The position numbers were made by a program, and so were the translations under genes. Below are positions 21,339 through 29,989 of a DNA stretch of 62,000 nucleotides, piece by piece. The DNA is from Hyalangium minutum (lineage in GTDB: Bacteria; Myxococcota; Myxococcia; Myxococcales; Myxococcaceae): NCBI RefSeq assembly GCF_000737315.1, contig NZ_JMCB01000003.1, positions 82,001-144,000 of the forward strand, written 5' to 3'. The notes beneath the pieces were generated by a model. That model searched no databases and was not told the DNA's origin. It saw only the letters and a program-made list of their open reading frames with translations. Within the stretch, counting starts at the first letter, position 1; every line of letters starts with the position of its first letter.

Positions 21339-21371
21339 CCGTCCCGTGGGGCGGGTTGAGACTCCATTGCC

Positions 21372-21854
21372 ATGCCGGTGGCCATCTATCCAGGTTCCTT
21401 CGATCCGCTCACCAACGGGCACCTCAGCCTCATCCAGCGCGGCCTCCAGATGTTCGATCGGGTGATCGTGGCCATCGCGGTCAACCCGAAGAAGACGCCG
21501 CTCTTCACGCTGGAGGAGCGCCGGGCGCTCATCCGCCAGGCCTGCCCGGATCCTCGGGTGGAGGTGGACGCCTTCCAGGGCCTGTTGGTGGAGTACGCCA
21601 AGCAGCGCCAGGTGAACGTGCTGCTGCGCGGGCTCCGGGCGGTCTCGGACTTCGAGTACGAGTTCCAGCTGGCCAACATGAACCGCAAGCTGGCCCCCGG
21701 CATCGAGACGGTCTTCATGATGACAGGTGAGGACTACTTCTACATTTCGTCACAGCTCGTTCGGGAAGTGGCCATGTTTGGCGGGGATGTGACGGGGATG
21801 GTGCCGGACGGGGTGCTGGCGAAGCTGAAGGAGAAGTTCGCCCGGAAGCCCTGA
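21372..21854 (+). CDS. coaD: Phosphopantetheine adenylyltransferase
   Basis: [35 protein letters not shown]. Confidence 0.97.
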   Translation: MPVAIYPGSFDPLTNGHLSLIQRGLQMFDRVIVAIAVNPKKTPLFTLEERRALIRQACPDPRVEVDAFQGLLVEYAKQRQVNVLLRGLRAVSDFEYEFQLANMNRKLAPGIETVFMMTGEDYFYISSQLVREVAMFGGDVTGMVPDGVLAKLKEKFARKP

Positions 21855-21905
21855 AGTCGCTGTAGTGCTTGTCCGGGGCATGTCACTCGGGGTAGCAACC
21901 CGGAC

Positions 21906-23096
21906 ATGCAATTGGCACAGCGCATCAAAGCCATCAAGCCGTCGCCCACCCTGGCCCTCAACGCCCGCGCCAAGGCGCTGGCTGCCCAGGGCGTGGACGT
22001 CGCGGGGTTCGTCGCGGGCGAGCCGGACTTCGACACCCCCGAGTTCATCAAGCAGGCGGCCATCGACTCCCTGAAGGCGGGCTTCACCAAGTACACCCCC
22101 ACGGCGGGCATCCCGGAGCTGCGCGAGGCCATCTGCGCCAAGCTGCAGCGGGACAACCAGCTGACGTACGCGCCGGATCAGGTGCTGGTGTCGGTGGGGG
22201 CCAAGCACTCGCTCTACAACATCTTCCAGGCGCTGCTGAACGAGGGGGATGAGGTCATCATCTTCACGCCGTACTGGGTGAGCTACCCGGACATGGTGAT
22301 GCTGGCGGGCGGCAAGCCGGTCATCCTGCAGACGCAGGAGGAGAACGGCTACGCGCCGGATCCCGAGGCGCTGAAGCGCGCGCTCACGCCCCGCACGCGG
22401 GCGGTGATCATCAACAGCCCGAGCAACCCGACGGGCGCGGTGTACTCGCGCGCGGCGCTGGAGGGGATTGCGGCGGCGGTGAAGGACCACGACTGCCTGA
22501 TCGTCAGCGACGACATCTACGAGAAGCTGCTGTACCAGGGGCAGTTCCTGAACATCGCCAACGTGGCGCCGGAGCTGTTCCCGCGGCTGGTCGTGGTCAA
22601 TGGCATGAGTAAGGCGTACTCGATGACGGGCTGGCGCCTGGGGTACGCAGCGGGGCCGAAGCCGCTGATCGCCGGCATGCAGATGATCCAAGACCAGTCG
22701 ACGTCGAACCCGAACTCCATCACGCAGAAGGCGGGGGTGGCGGCGCTGAAGGGGCCCACGGAGTTCCTCACGAAGATGGTGGACGAGTTCCGGGCGCGGC
22801 GGGAGCTGATCGTCTCGGGGCTGAACGCGCTGGACGGAGTGAAGTGCCGCACGCCCGAGGGCGCCTTCTACGTGTTCCCGGACGTGCGCGGCCTGCTGCA
22901 GCGCCAGTACAAGGGCGCGCCGCTGGGCACCTCGTCGCGGATCTCCGAGGCGCTGCTGGATGACTTCCGGGTGGCGGTGATGCCCGGGGCGCCGTTCGGG
23001 GCGGAGGGCTACCTGCGCCTGAGCTTCGCCACCTCGCGCGAGGTGATCCAGAAGGGCCTGAGCCGGATGAAGGACTTCGTCGCGGCGCTGAGCTGA
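21906..23096 (+). CDS. aspC: PLP-dependent class I/II aminotransferase (aspartate aminotransferase type)
   Basis: GEPDF, NSPSNPTG, SDDIYE, SKAYSMTGWRLGY (PLP lysine), GAFYVF. Confidence 0.9.
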   Translation: MQLAQRIKAIKPSPTLALNARAKALAAQGVDVAGFVAGEPDFDTPEFIKQAAIDSLKAGFTKYTPTAGIPELREAICAKLQRDNQLTYAPDQVLVSVGAKHSLYNIFQALLNEGDEVIIFTPYWVSYPDMVMLAGGKPVILQTQEENGYAPDPEALKRALTPRTRAVIINSPSNPTGAVYSRAALEGIAAAVKDHDCLIVSDDIYEKLLYQGQFLNIANVAPELFPRLVVVNGMSKAYSMTGWRLGYAAGPKPLIAGMQMIQDQSTSNPNSITQKAGVAALKGPTEFLTKMVDEFRARRELIVSGLNALDGVKCRTPEGAFYVFPDVRGLLQRQYKGAPLGTSSRISEALLDDFRVAVMPGAPFGAEGYLRLSFATSREVIQKGLSRMKDFVAALS

Positions 23097-23108
23097 ACTG
23101 AGCAGGGC

Positions 23109-23137
23109 TGAGGCCGCCCATGACGTGGGTGGCCTCA
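23109..23137. terminator. Bidirectional stem-loop between convergent genes
   Basis: TGAGGCCGCCCA-TGACG-TGGGTGGCCTCA between stops at 23096 (+) and 23146 (-). Confidence 0.65.
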
Positions 23138-23145
23138 CCTGGCGG

Positions 23146-23604
23146 CTACGCAGCAGACAGCTGGTCGATGGCTCGGACCCAGTGGTTCACGAGCTTCACG
23201 AGTCCAGCCTTGTGCTCCTGGATCTCGGCCATGCTGCGGAACCGGGCCATGCGCCGGTCCTTGTAGTCACCCTCGAGGAAGCCGAACCGATCCGCCGGCA
23301 TCGTACCCTGCGGGAAGACGAAGACGACGTGCACGCAGTCCCTCGGGCGCAGATGAAAGGCCGCGAGGTCCTGCTGGTAGTAGAAACTCGGCGCGTTCCA
23401 CTTCACGCGCTCAGCGATCTTCCGGTTCGCTCCCAGGATGAGCTCCCGCACGGCTTCGATCTCGGCCTTCAGCGGGTGCTCCAGCTGCTTCAGGTACTCG
23501 GCCACCTCTTCCGGTCCGCTCTTCTTCGGAGCGGAAGCCTTGGTCTTCTTGGCCGGAGCTTTCTTGGCCGAAGCCTTCTTCGCTTGCGTCTTTCGTGCGG
23601 CCAC
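23146..23604 (-). CDS. DUF1801 domain protein with Lys/Ala-rich N-terminus
   Basis: V.EYL..LEHP...IE.VR.LI, ERVKWNAPSF. GTG start after GGAG. Confidence 0.8.
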   Translation of the reverse strand: MAARKTQAKKASAKKAPAKKTKASAPKKSGPEEVAEYLKQLEHPLKAEIEAVRELILGANRKIAERVKWNAPSFYYQQDLAAFHLRPRDCVHVVFVFPQGTMPADRFGFLEGDYKDRRMARFRSMAEIQEHKAGLVKLVNHWVRAIDQLSAA

Positions 23605-23626
23605 AAGGGCTCCTTCGGTGTTGCGC

Positions 23627-24526
23627 TCAGTTGCCCGGGGCGTCGAAGAGCTGGTCGAAGTCCGCCTGCCTCATCCGGATCGTGAGCGGACGGTAGCTCA
23701 CACCACCATAGGTGCAGTTTGAATAGAACCAGGGCTCGAGCCCGAGCACGCAGACATTCGAGCACCGGCCGACGAATCGCAGCGGGGCACACTGGTTGGA
23801 TGAGTTCGAGCCAGAGCCCAGCGCGCCGCACGCCCGGGTGAGGTACTCGCCCTCGTTGTTGACGGGCCGGTCGACGCCGAAGAACAGGCTGTTGGGCACG
23901 AAGAGGTTCCCGAAGAAGCAGGCCTCCCGAACCGGGTAGGACGTCAGCTCCCCGAAGGTATAGGGAATGGCGTTGCCCCAGGCGTTCCAGCCCAGGACGG
24001 AGATGTTCACGTTCCTTCCGTACCGGTTGACGTGCGCCAACAGGCAGGCCGTGATGAGCTGCTGCTCGTTGTAGTTGATCGCGCTGCCGCTGGCCCAGTC
24101 CGGCGCCAGTCCCAGTCCTCCTGTCCACGCATACGTCCTCCCTCCCTGGTGGCGGTACGTGCGGGTCTGCCCCGTGGGCACGGCGCAGCGGACCACATAG
24201 GTCATCAGCATGTCGGCGGCCGCCGGATCCTGGCTGAACCACTGGATGAACGCTGAGCTGGAGAACCCGCCCACGGACAGCCCGTTGAGGGGCAACCCGT
24301 TGAGGGACAGCCCGTTGGCCGACAGCCCGTTGGCCGACAAGCCATTGAAGGAGTTGAGTTCCTGGGCCTGGCTGTCCAACGGCAGCGGCTCCGCGGGCGG
24401 CTCCGAGGGATCACAGCCTGAAGCGCTCGCACACACGCACAGCAACGTGAGCCAACACCGGGCTCGTTGCTTCACCTCCACCCAGGCAAGGGGGGAGTGA
24501 GCTTCCGCCATCGGAGCGTTCTTCAT
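23627..24526 (-). CDS. Myxobacterial secreted/lipoprotein with GLS(A/L)N pentapeptide repeats and a Cys-containing C-terminal domain
   Basis: Hydrophobic Cys-rich leader ending ASGC, repeats NGLSANGLSANGLSLNGLPLNG, YVVRCA...GLGLAPDW, EACFFGNLF. Confidence 0.65.
   Translation of the reverse strand: MKNAPMAEAHSPLAWVEVKQRARCWLTLLCVCASASGCDPSEPPAEPLPLDSQAQELNSFNGLSANGLSANGLSLNGLPLNGLSVGGFSSSAFIQWFSQDPAAADMLMTYVVRCAVPTGQTRTYRHQGGRTYAWTGGLGLAPDWASGSAINYNEQQLITACLLAHVNRYGRNVNISVLGWNAWGNAIPYTFGELTSYPVREACFFGNLFVPNSLFFGVDRPVNNEGEYLTRACGALGSGSNSSNQCAPLRFVGRCSNVCVLGLEPWFYSNCTYGGVSYRPLTIRMRQADFDQLFDAPGN
24276..24350 (-). repeat. 5 x 15-bp coding tandem repeat (pentapeptide)
   Basis: Plus-strand units GACAGCCCGTTGAGG, GGCAACCCGTTGAGG, GACAGCCCGTTGGCC (twice) and GACAAGCCATTGAAG. 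Confidence 0.85.
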
Positions 24527-24662
24527 GGGAGTCTCCTGCCCAGAGAGGGGTGGTCAGGGGGGTCTGGGTAGTCTGACTAATACGCATTACCGGGCCGCCT
24601 GGCTCCCCACCCCCAGCGTGAGCACGTGGGGTAGTGCACAGCCAGAAACCCATGCGTCCAGT

Positions 24663-24682
24663 GGCGGATAGTCACCTCCGCC
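24663..24682 (-). terminator. Short hairpin immediately after the last gene of the reb-transglutaminase run
   Basis: GGCGGA-TAGTCACC-TCCGCC, 2 bp beyond the stop at 24685. No U tract. Confidence 0.35.
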
Positions 24683-24684
24683 GA

Positions 24685-26517
24685 TCAGGCGATCCGATCC
24701 ACCCTCACATCCACCTCCAGCGTCTCCGGTCCGCCTCCCACGAAGATGGTCCCCGAGGTGGGCGTGGCATCTCCGTAGCCGCGCCCCACTGCGACGCGGA
24801 CGTGCGAGGTCTGCGTCAGGATGCCGTTGGTCGGATCAAAGCCCCGCCAGCCCACCTCGGGCAGGTAGAGCTGCAGCCACGCGTGGGAGGCCTCCGCCTG
24901 CCGTTGGTTCGGATTCTGGGGACCACAGTAGATGTAGCCGCACGTGTAGCGCGCCGGCACGCCCAGCAGCCGCGCCATGCAGATGAACAGGTTGGTGAAG
25001 TCCTGGCAGACGCCGCGCCGGTTCACGTACACGTCGAACGGCGTCGTGTAGATCGTCGTCGAGCCCTGCCGGTACTCGTACTCGCGGAAGATGGACGCGT
25101 TGATGTCGAGCAGCGTGTCCAGCAAGTCGTAGTCGTTCCGCTTCACGAAGCTCATCGCGTACTCGGTGAGCTCCACCAGCTGCGTCTCGGGCAGCTCCTG
25201 GGGCAGCAGGTACGGCTGTAGCACCTGCTGCTGCCAGGGCATCCACACGAGCGGAATGGTGCTGCGCTCCTTGGGCGCCCGGAACTGGAGCGGATCCGTG
25301 TCGTAGAGCTCCACCGTGGAGCGCGCCTCGATGGCCAGCTCCGTGTAGGGCCTCTCGAGGTGCACCCGCGTGGCCCGGTTGCCGAACACGTCCTCGTAGT
25401 CCCGGCGCTTCCCGTCCACGGACAGGTGGAGCTGATGCCCAATCACCGCCTGCAGCTCGTCGTGCATCGGCCGCAGCCGGAACAGGTGGGTGCTTCGCTC
25501 GATGGGGTTCTGGTAGCGGTAGACGGTGCGGTGCACCACGGAGAAGCGCTGCACCTCCGCCTTCGAGGGCAGCCGCAAGTCCCGTTGCCTGGCGGTGAAG
25601 AAGGGCTGCGAAGGCGCCTCCCCGGGAGCCACGGGCGCCGGAGCCGCGGACTGCGTGTCGGGCACCTGCTGCGGAATGGGCTGGACCTGCGCGGGTACCT
25701 GTACCTGGAGCTGGGGCTCGGGCGGCTTCACCTCCGCGGTGACCGTGCCCTGGCGGATGCGCAGGAGCGTCCCCGGCGCGAGCCGCTTCCAGTCCACCTG
25801 GGCGTTCTGCTCGGGCTGGAGCGGGTTGGAGCAGACGAGGACGCCCTTGCGGCTCTTGAGGCCGCGCTTGGTGAGATCCACCAGGATGTCGCCATCACCG
25901 AAGACGAGGCTGTCGTGCGGCGGCTGCAGCGTCCAGATGTACAGCTCGTGCGCTGGATCGCGATCCGCATAGACGCACATGTCGTGTCCATCCGTGAGGA
26001 TGGTGGTGAGCGAGCCGTGCTCGTTGGTCTCGGCGAAGAAGGACCGCAGGGCCTCCAGATCGACGTCCCCCAGGCTGCGCCACCCCTTGTCGGAGATCAT
26101 CGACATGAGCTGGCAGAAGATGAGCTCGGAGTCCGTCGAGCCGATGGGCTCGAAGCGCTGCGGGGTGTTGGCCTCGATGCGGTGGGCCAGGCTGCCCGAG
26201 TGCGCCATCAGCCAGTCGCGCCCGCCCCAGGAGCGCCGGAACGGCTGGGTGTTGCCCGGAGAGATCTGCCCCCAGATCGCCGTGCGGATGTGGAGCACGA
26301 ACAGCGAGGAGGCCAGGTGCTCCCAGGCCTTCACCAGCTCGCTGCGGATAGAGCCAGGCGGGGGCGCTGCTTCCTTGAGCACCTCTGCCGCGAGATCGCC
26401 ACCCGGGTAGTAGCCGATGCCCCATCCATCGGGCGGTTGGCGCTGGGGACTCAGACAACGAAGATCGAAGGAGGGGGCGAGTTCCCCCTCGAAGCTCATG
26501 GCGAGAACGTTGGGCAT
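24685..26517 (-). CDS. Fusion of a class II glutamine amidotransferase-like (YafJ/EgtC, Ntn fold) domain and a bacterial transglutaminase
   Basis: N-half: PDGWGIGYY, HIRTA, NTQPF, AHSG, GSTDSELIFC. C-half: Bact_transglu_N (VVHRTVYRY..P) plus the triad GVCQDF / SHAWLQLYLP / GFDPT. Confidence 0.85.
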   Translation of the reverse strand: MPNVLAMSFEGELAPSFDLRCLSPQRQPPDGWGIGYYPGGDLAAEVLKEAAPPPGSIRSELVKAWEHLASSLFVLHIRTAIWGQISPGNTQPFRRSWGGRDWLMAHSGSLAHRIEANTPQRFEPIGSTDSELIFCQLMSMISDKGWRSLGDVDLEALRSFFAETNEHGSLTTILTDGHDMCVYADRDPAHELYIWTLQPPHDSLVFGDGDILVDLTKRGLKSRKGVLVCSNPLQPEQNAQVDWKRLAPGTLLRIRQGTVTAEVKPPEPQLQVQVPAQVQPIPQQVPDTQSAAPAPVAPGEAPSQPFFTARQRDLRLPSKAEVQRFSVVHRTVYRYQNPIERSTHLFRLRPMHDELQAVIGHQLHLSVDGKRRDYEDVFGNRATRVHLERPYTELAIEARSTVELYDTDPLQFRAPKERSTIPLVWMPWQQQVLQPYLLPQELPETQLVELTEYAMSFVKRNDYDLLDTLLDINASIFREYEYRQGSTTIYTTPFDVYVNRRGVCQDFTNLFICMARLLGVPARYTCGYIYCGPQNPNQRQAEASHAWLQLYLPEVGWRGFDPTNGILTQTSHVRVAVGRGYGDATPTSGTIFVGGGPETLEVDVRVDRIA

Positions 26518-26621
26518 CCGGTCGAGCGGAAGGTAGTGAGCCGTTTTGTACAGAGAAGCAGCCGGTCACACGGCCCGTGCGGCCGCGTCACCTGGAGAAC
26601 AGCTATCGCAAGAGCCCCGGC

Positions 26622-29600
26622 TCAGCCCGGGGTCTCCTCCTCGGCTGGAGGCTTGGGAGGCCGGTAGTCGAGCGGCAGGCGGCGCAGGTCGAGGGTGGTG
26701 GGGTTCTCCGCGCTGGGCTGGGCCGGACGGGCCTTCACCGGCCAGGGCAGGGGAGCCTCGGAGGTGAAGCGCTGCGCGCGGCGGGCGGAGGCCTCGAAGC
26801 GGGTGAGCGGCGGGGTGGAGAAGGCACGGCCCTCGGGGTGCCACACGTGGTAGGCGCAGGCGCCCAGCGAGCGCTGCCCCCACGTGTCGAGCAGATCCAG
26901 CCGGATGGGGTGGTGGATGCCCAGGTGTGCGTGCAGGCTGTGCGGCGGAGCCCACGCGCGGAACCGCACCCCGGCCACCCACTCGTTGGCCTTCGCCGTG
27001 GGCGTGAGCGGCAGCGTGTGCCCGTTGACGAGCAGCAGGTGCCGCTCCGGGATGAGTCCGGAGACGCGCACCTCGATGCGCTCCATGGACGAGTCCACGT
27101 AGCGGGAGGTTCCGCCCCCGCTCAGCTCCTCGCCCAGCACCGGCCAGGGCTCGAGCGCATTGCGCACCTCGATCGTGACATCCCCCAGCTGCATGCGCCC
27201 GGCGAGCGGGCAGCGCAGCTCCAGGAAGGGGGTGTACGCCTCCTGCGGCAGGGGAACGCCCTTGGCCGCGAGGTGGGCGAGCACGTCCTCCAGGTCCCGT
27301 CCCAAGTAGTAGGGCAGCAGGTACTTGTCGTGGAGCGACGTGCCGAAGCGGACCAGCTTCTTCTGGTAGGGCTCCTGGGCGAACGCGGCGAAGAGCGCGC
27401 GCACCAGGATGGCCTGCGCGGACACCATGCGCGCGTGCGGCGGCATCTCGAAGGCGCGCAACTCCACCAGTCCCTGCCGCCCGGTGGCCGTCTGGGGGTC
27501 AAACAGCTTGTCCAGACTCAGCTCCGCCCGGTGGGTGTTGCCCGCCACGTCCACCAGCAGGTTCCGGAAGAGCATGTCCGACAGCCAGGGCGGCGGCGCG
27601 GTGCCAGCGTTGAAGGCCTTGTCGAGCGCGATCTCCAGCTCGTAGAGCGCCTCGTGCCGCGCCTCGTCCACGCGCGGTGCCTGCGAGGTTGGCCCCACGA
27701 ACAGGCCGGTGAAGAGGTACGACAGCGACGGGTGGTGCTGCACGAAGGTGATGAGCGAGGCCAGCAGCTCGGGCCGGGTGAGGAGCGGGCTGGACAGGGC
27801 CGTCGGGCCACCGACCGTGATGTGGTTGCCGCCGCCGCTGCCGGCCATGCGGCCGTCCATCAGGTACTTCTCGCTGTGGAGACCCGCGTGGAGGGCCGCG
27901 TCGAACACCTGGCCCACGAGCTCCGTGTACTCGCGGTTGCTCGACACGGGCGGCAGGTTGACCTCGAGCACGCCCGGGTCCGGCGTCACCGCGAAGCGGT
28001 AGAGCAGCGGCGAGGACGGGGGAGGGTAGCCCTCCAACTGAATGGCGATGCCGGTGTGCTCGCGCGCCTGATCGATGATGGACACGAGATCGAAGAAGTC
28101 CTCGGCCCGGGCCAGCGGCGGCAGGAACACGTGCACCGTTCCACCGCGCGCCTCAAAGGCCAGCGCGGTCCGCACTCGGGGCAGGCGGCTGGCTCGCTCC
28201 TTCGCGATGACCTTGTGCTGCTTGGCCTCCTCGGGGGACGGCTCGCGGCGCGGATCGATGGGCTCATAGGGCTCCTCCCAGAGGTCGGAGAGCGGGTCTC
28301 CCTCCGAGAGCGAGCGCAGCGGCAGCCGCAGGCCGAGCGGGCTGTCACCCGGGAGCAGGAACAGGTGGCGCCGCCGGAACTGCCAGGGGTCGCTGACCCA
28401 GCGCCCGTCCGTGTCTCGCCCGAGGGGCAGCACGAAGCCCACCTCATTGCCGAGCCCCTGGCCCAGAACCTTGGCCAAGCGCCGCCGCTCCTCCGAGTCG
28501 TTGAGGTTGGCCTTGAGCGGATCGACGTCCACCGGCAGGTTCTCCTCGTCCTGCAGGAAGCGCCACGGATCCTCGAAGGCGGGGAGCAGGTGCTGAGCCA
28601 GGCCGAGGCGCGACGCCACCGCCTGCGCGACCTCGCGCGCCTGTGCCGTGCCTGCGTTGTCTCCCGAAGCCAGCGCCTCGCCCGTCCAGAGAGGCTCCCG
28701 GTCGCGCCGTCCGCAGATGTCGAGCGCCCAGCGAGGCAGGCTCTCTCCTGGATAGTGCTTTCCGGCGCGCAGCAGCAGGGCCGCTCCAGGGGAGAGCCGC
28801 CGCCGGAGCTCCTCGGCGAGCTTCACCCCGAGCTTCCACTTGGTCTCGCCCAGCGCGTCGCCGTTCCACTCCGGCAGCTCGGTGTGCTCGCGGGCGTTGA
28901 AGGTGGGCTCGCCGCCGATGGTGAGCTTCACCCCGCGCTCCCTCAGCACCGCGTCCGCGCGATCTCCACCCTCGCAGAGGGCCTGCCACACCTCGTCCGT
29001 GTAGGGCGCCGTCGGCCGAGGCTCGTGCCCGAGCCGGCCCACCGTCATCGAGAACCGCACCTCCTCCGCCTGGGTGTCACTGGTGCCCTCGATGGGGGCT
29101 GCCAGCGCCGGTGAGGCCGTCGAGGCGAGCGGGATATGGCCCTCGCCCGTCAGGAGTCCGCTGGTGGCGTCGAGCCCGATCCAACCCGCCCCGGGCAGGA
29201 AGACCTCCGCCCAGGCGTGCAGATCCACCACGTCGCGTCCCACGCCGCGCGGCGCGTTGGGGATCATCCCTTCGTCGGTGAGCTGCACCAAGTAGCCGCT
29301 CACGAAGCGCGCCGCGAGCCCGCGCGAGCGCAGCACCGCGATGAGCAGCATCGCCGAGTCCCGGCAGCTGCCCTTGCCCGCCGCGAGCGTCTCCTCGGGT
29401 GTGTGGATGCCCGCCTCCTCGCGGATGATGTACTGGATGCGCTGGTTCACCTTCTCGTTGAGCTGAATGATGAGCGGGACCGTTGGGCCGGAGCGCGGCA
29501 GCTCGTCGAGGAAGGCCTTGAGGCGCTCGCCGCCTCGCACCGCTGGCTCGTTCACGTCGAGGAAGGGGAGGAGGTCCTGCTTCAGCTCCGGCGGGTAGGC

Positions 29601-29912
29601 GAAGGGGACGACCTCGCAGCGGTCGTCGAGGAGGAAGTCGAACGGGTTCACCGGCCGCACGTCGACGGCCAACTCCACCGTTACCTCGAGGTGCGGGACG
29701 CGCACGCCTTCGGGGAAGGTGACGCGGGCGACGCGGTTGCCATACGGATCCTGCTGCCAGCGTACCTGCGCGGTGGAGGGCTCGACGGTGAGGCCGTAGC
29801 TCTCGATGGCGGCACGGGCGTGAAGCGCCGGGCGCAGGCGGATGAGGTGCGGGCCGAGGGCCGCAGGCTTCGGGTAGCGGTACAGGTTGCGATGCTGAAT
29901 GAGCAGCCGCAC
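26622..29912 (-). CDS. Transglutaminase-like + DUF2126 (putative COOH-NH2 amidoligase) fusion
   Basis: GTG start at 29912 after GGAGG (MRLLIQHRNLYRY). Triad GSCRDS / DLHAWAEVFLPG / GLDAT. DUF2126 motifs GEPTF, GKHYPGESLPRW, TPDPGVLEVN, GGGNHIT, PTSQAPRVDE, GNTHRAE, RAFEMPPH. Confidence 0.9.
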   Translation of the reverse strand: MRLLIQHRNLYRYPKPAALGPHLIRLRPALHARAAIESYGLTVEPSTAQVRWQQDPYGNRVARVTFPEGVRVPHLEVTVELAVDVRPVNPFDFLLDDRCEVVPFAYPPELKQDLLPFLDVNEPAVRGGERLKAFLDELPRSGPTVPLIIQLNEKVNQRIQYIIREEAGIHTPEETLAAGKGSCRDSAMLLIAVLRSRGLAARFVSGYLVQLTDEGMIPNAPRGVGRDVVDLHAWAEVFLPGAGWIGLDATSGLLTGEGHIPLASTASPALAAPIEGTSDTQAEEVRFSMTVGRLGHEPRPTAPYTDEVWQALCEGGDRADAVLRERGVKLTIGGEPTFNAREHTELPEWNGDALGETKWKLGVKLAEELRRRLSPGAALLLRAGKHYPGESLPRWALDICGRRDREPLWTGEALASGDNAGTAQAREVAQAVASRLGLAQHLLPAFEDPWRFLQDEENLPVDVDPLKANLNDSEERRRLAKVLGQGLGNEVGFVLPLGRDTDGRWVSDPWQFRRRHLFLLPGDSPLGLRLPLRSLSEGDPLSDLWEEPYEPIDPRREPSPEEAKQHKVIAKERASRLPRVRTALAFEARGGTVHVFLPPLARAEDFFDLVSIIDQAREHTGIAIQLEGYPPPSSPLLYRFAVTPDPGVLEVNLPPVSSNREYTELVGQVFDAALHAGLHSEKYLMDGRMAGSGGGNHITVGGPTALSSPLLTRPELLASLITFVQHHPSLSYLFTGLFVGPTSQAPRVDEARHEALYELEIALDKAFNAGTAPPPWLSDMLFRNLLVDVAGNTHRAELSLDKLFDPQTATGRQGLVELRAFEMPPHARMVSAQAILVRALFAAFAQEPYQKKLVRFGTSLHDKYLLPYYLGRDLEDVLAHLAAKGVPLPQEAYTPFLELRCPLAGRMQLGDVTIEVRNALEPWPVLGEELSGGGTSRYVDSSMERIEVRVSGLIPERHLLLVNGHTLPLTPTAKANEWVAGVRFRAWAPPHSLHAHLGIHHPIRLDLLDTWGQRSLGACAYHVWHPEGRAFSTPPLTRFEASARRAQRFTSEAPLPWPVKARPAQPSAENPTTLDLRRLPLDYRPPKPPAEEETPG

Positions 29913-29989
29913 GAGGTCCTCCCAAGTGACCTCGCCACGATACCCAAAGCCTGCTGGGGCCGTACGGAGAAGTCGGCCGTCATTCACCG

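Noticed and set aside
24276-24350. Tandem repeats (also 18666-18743) as a CRISPR array
   Set aside because: They are in-frame coding repeats without unique spacers, and no cas genes are present.
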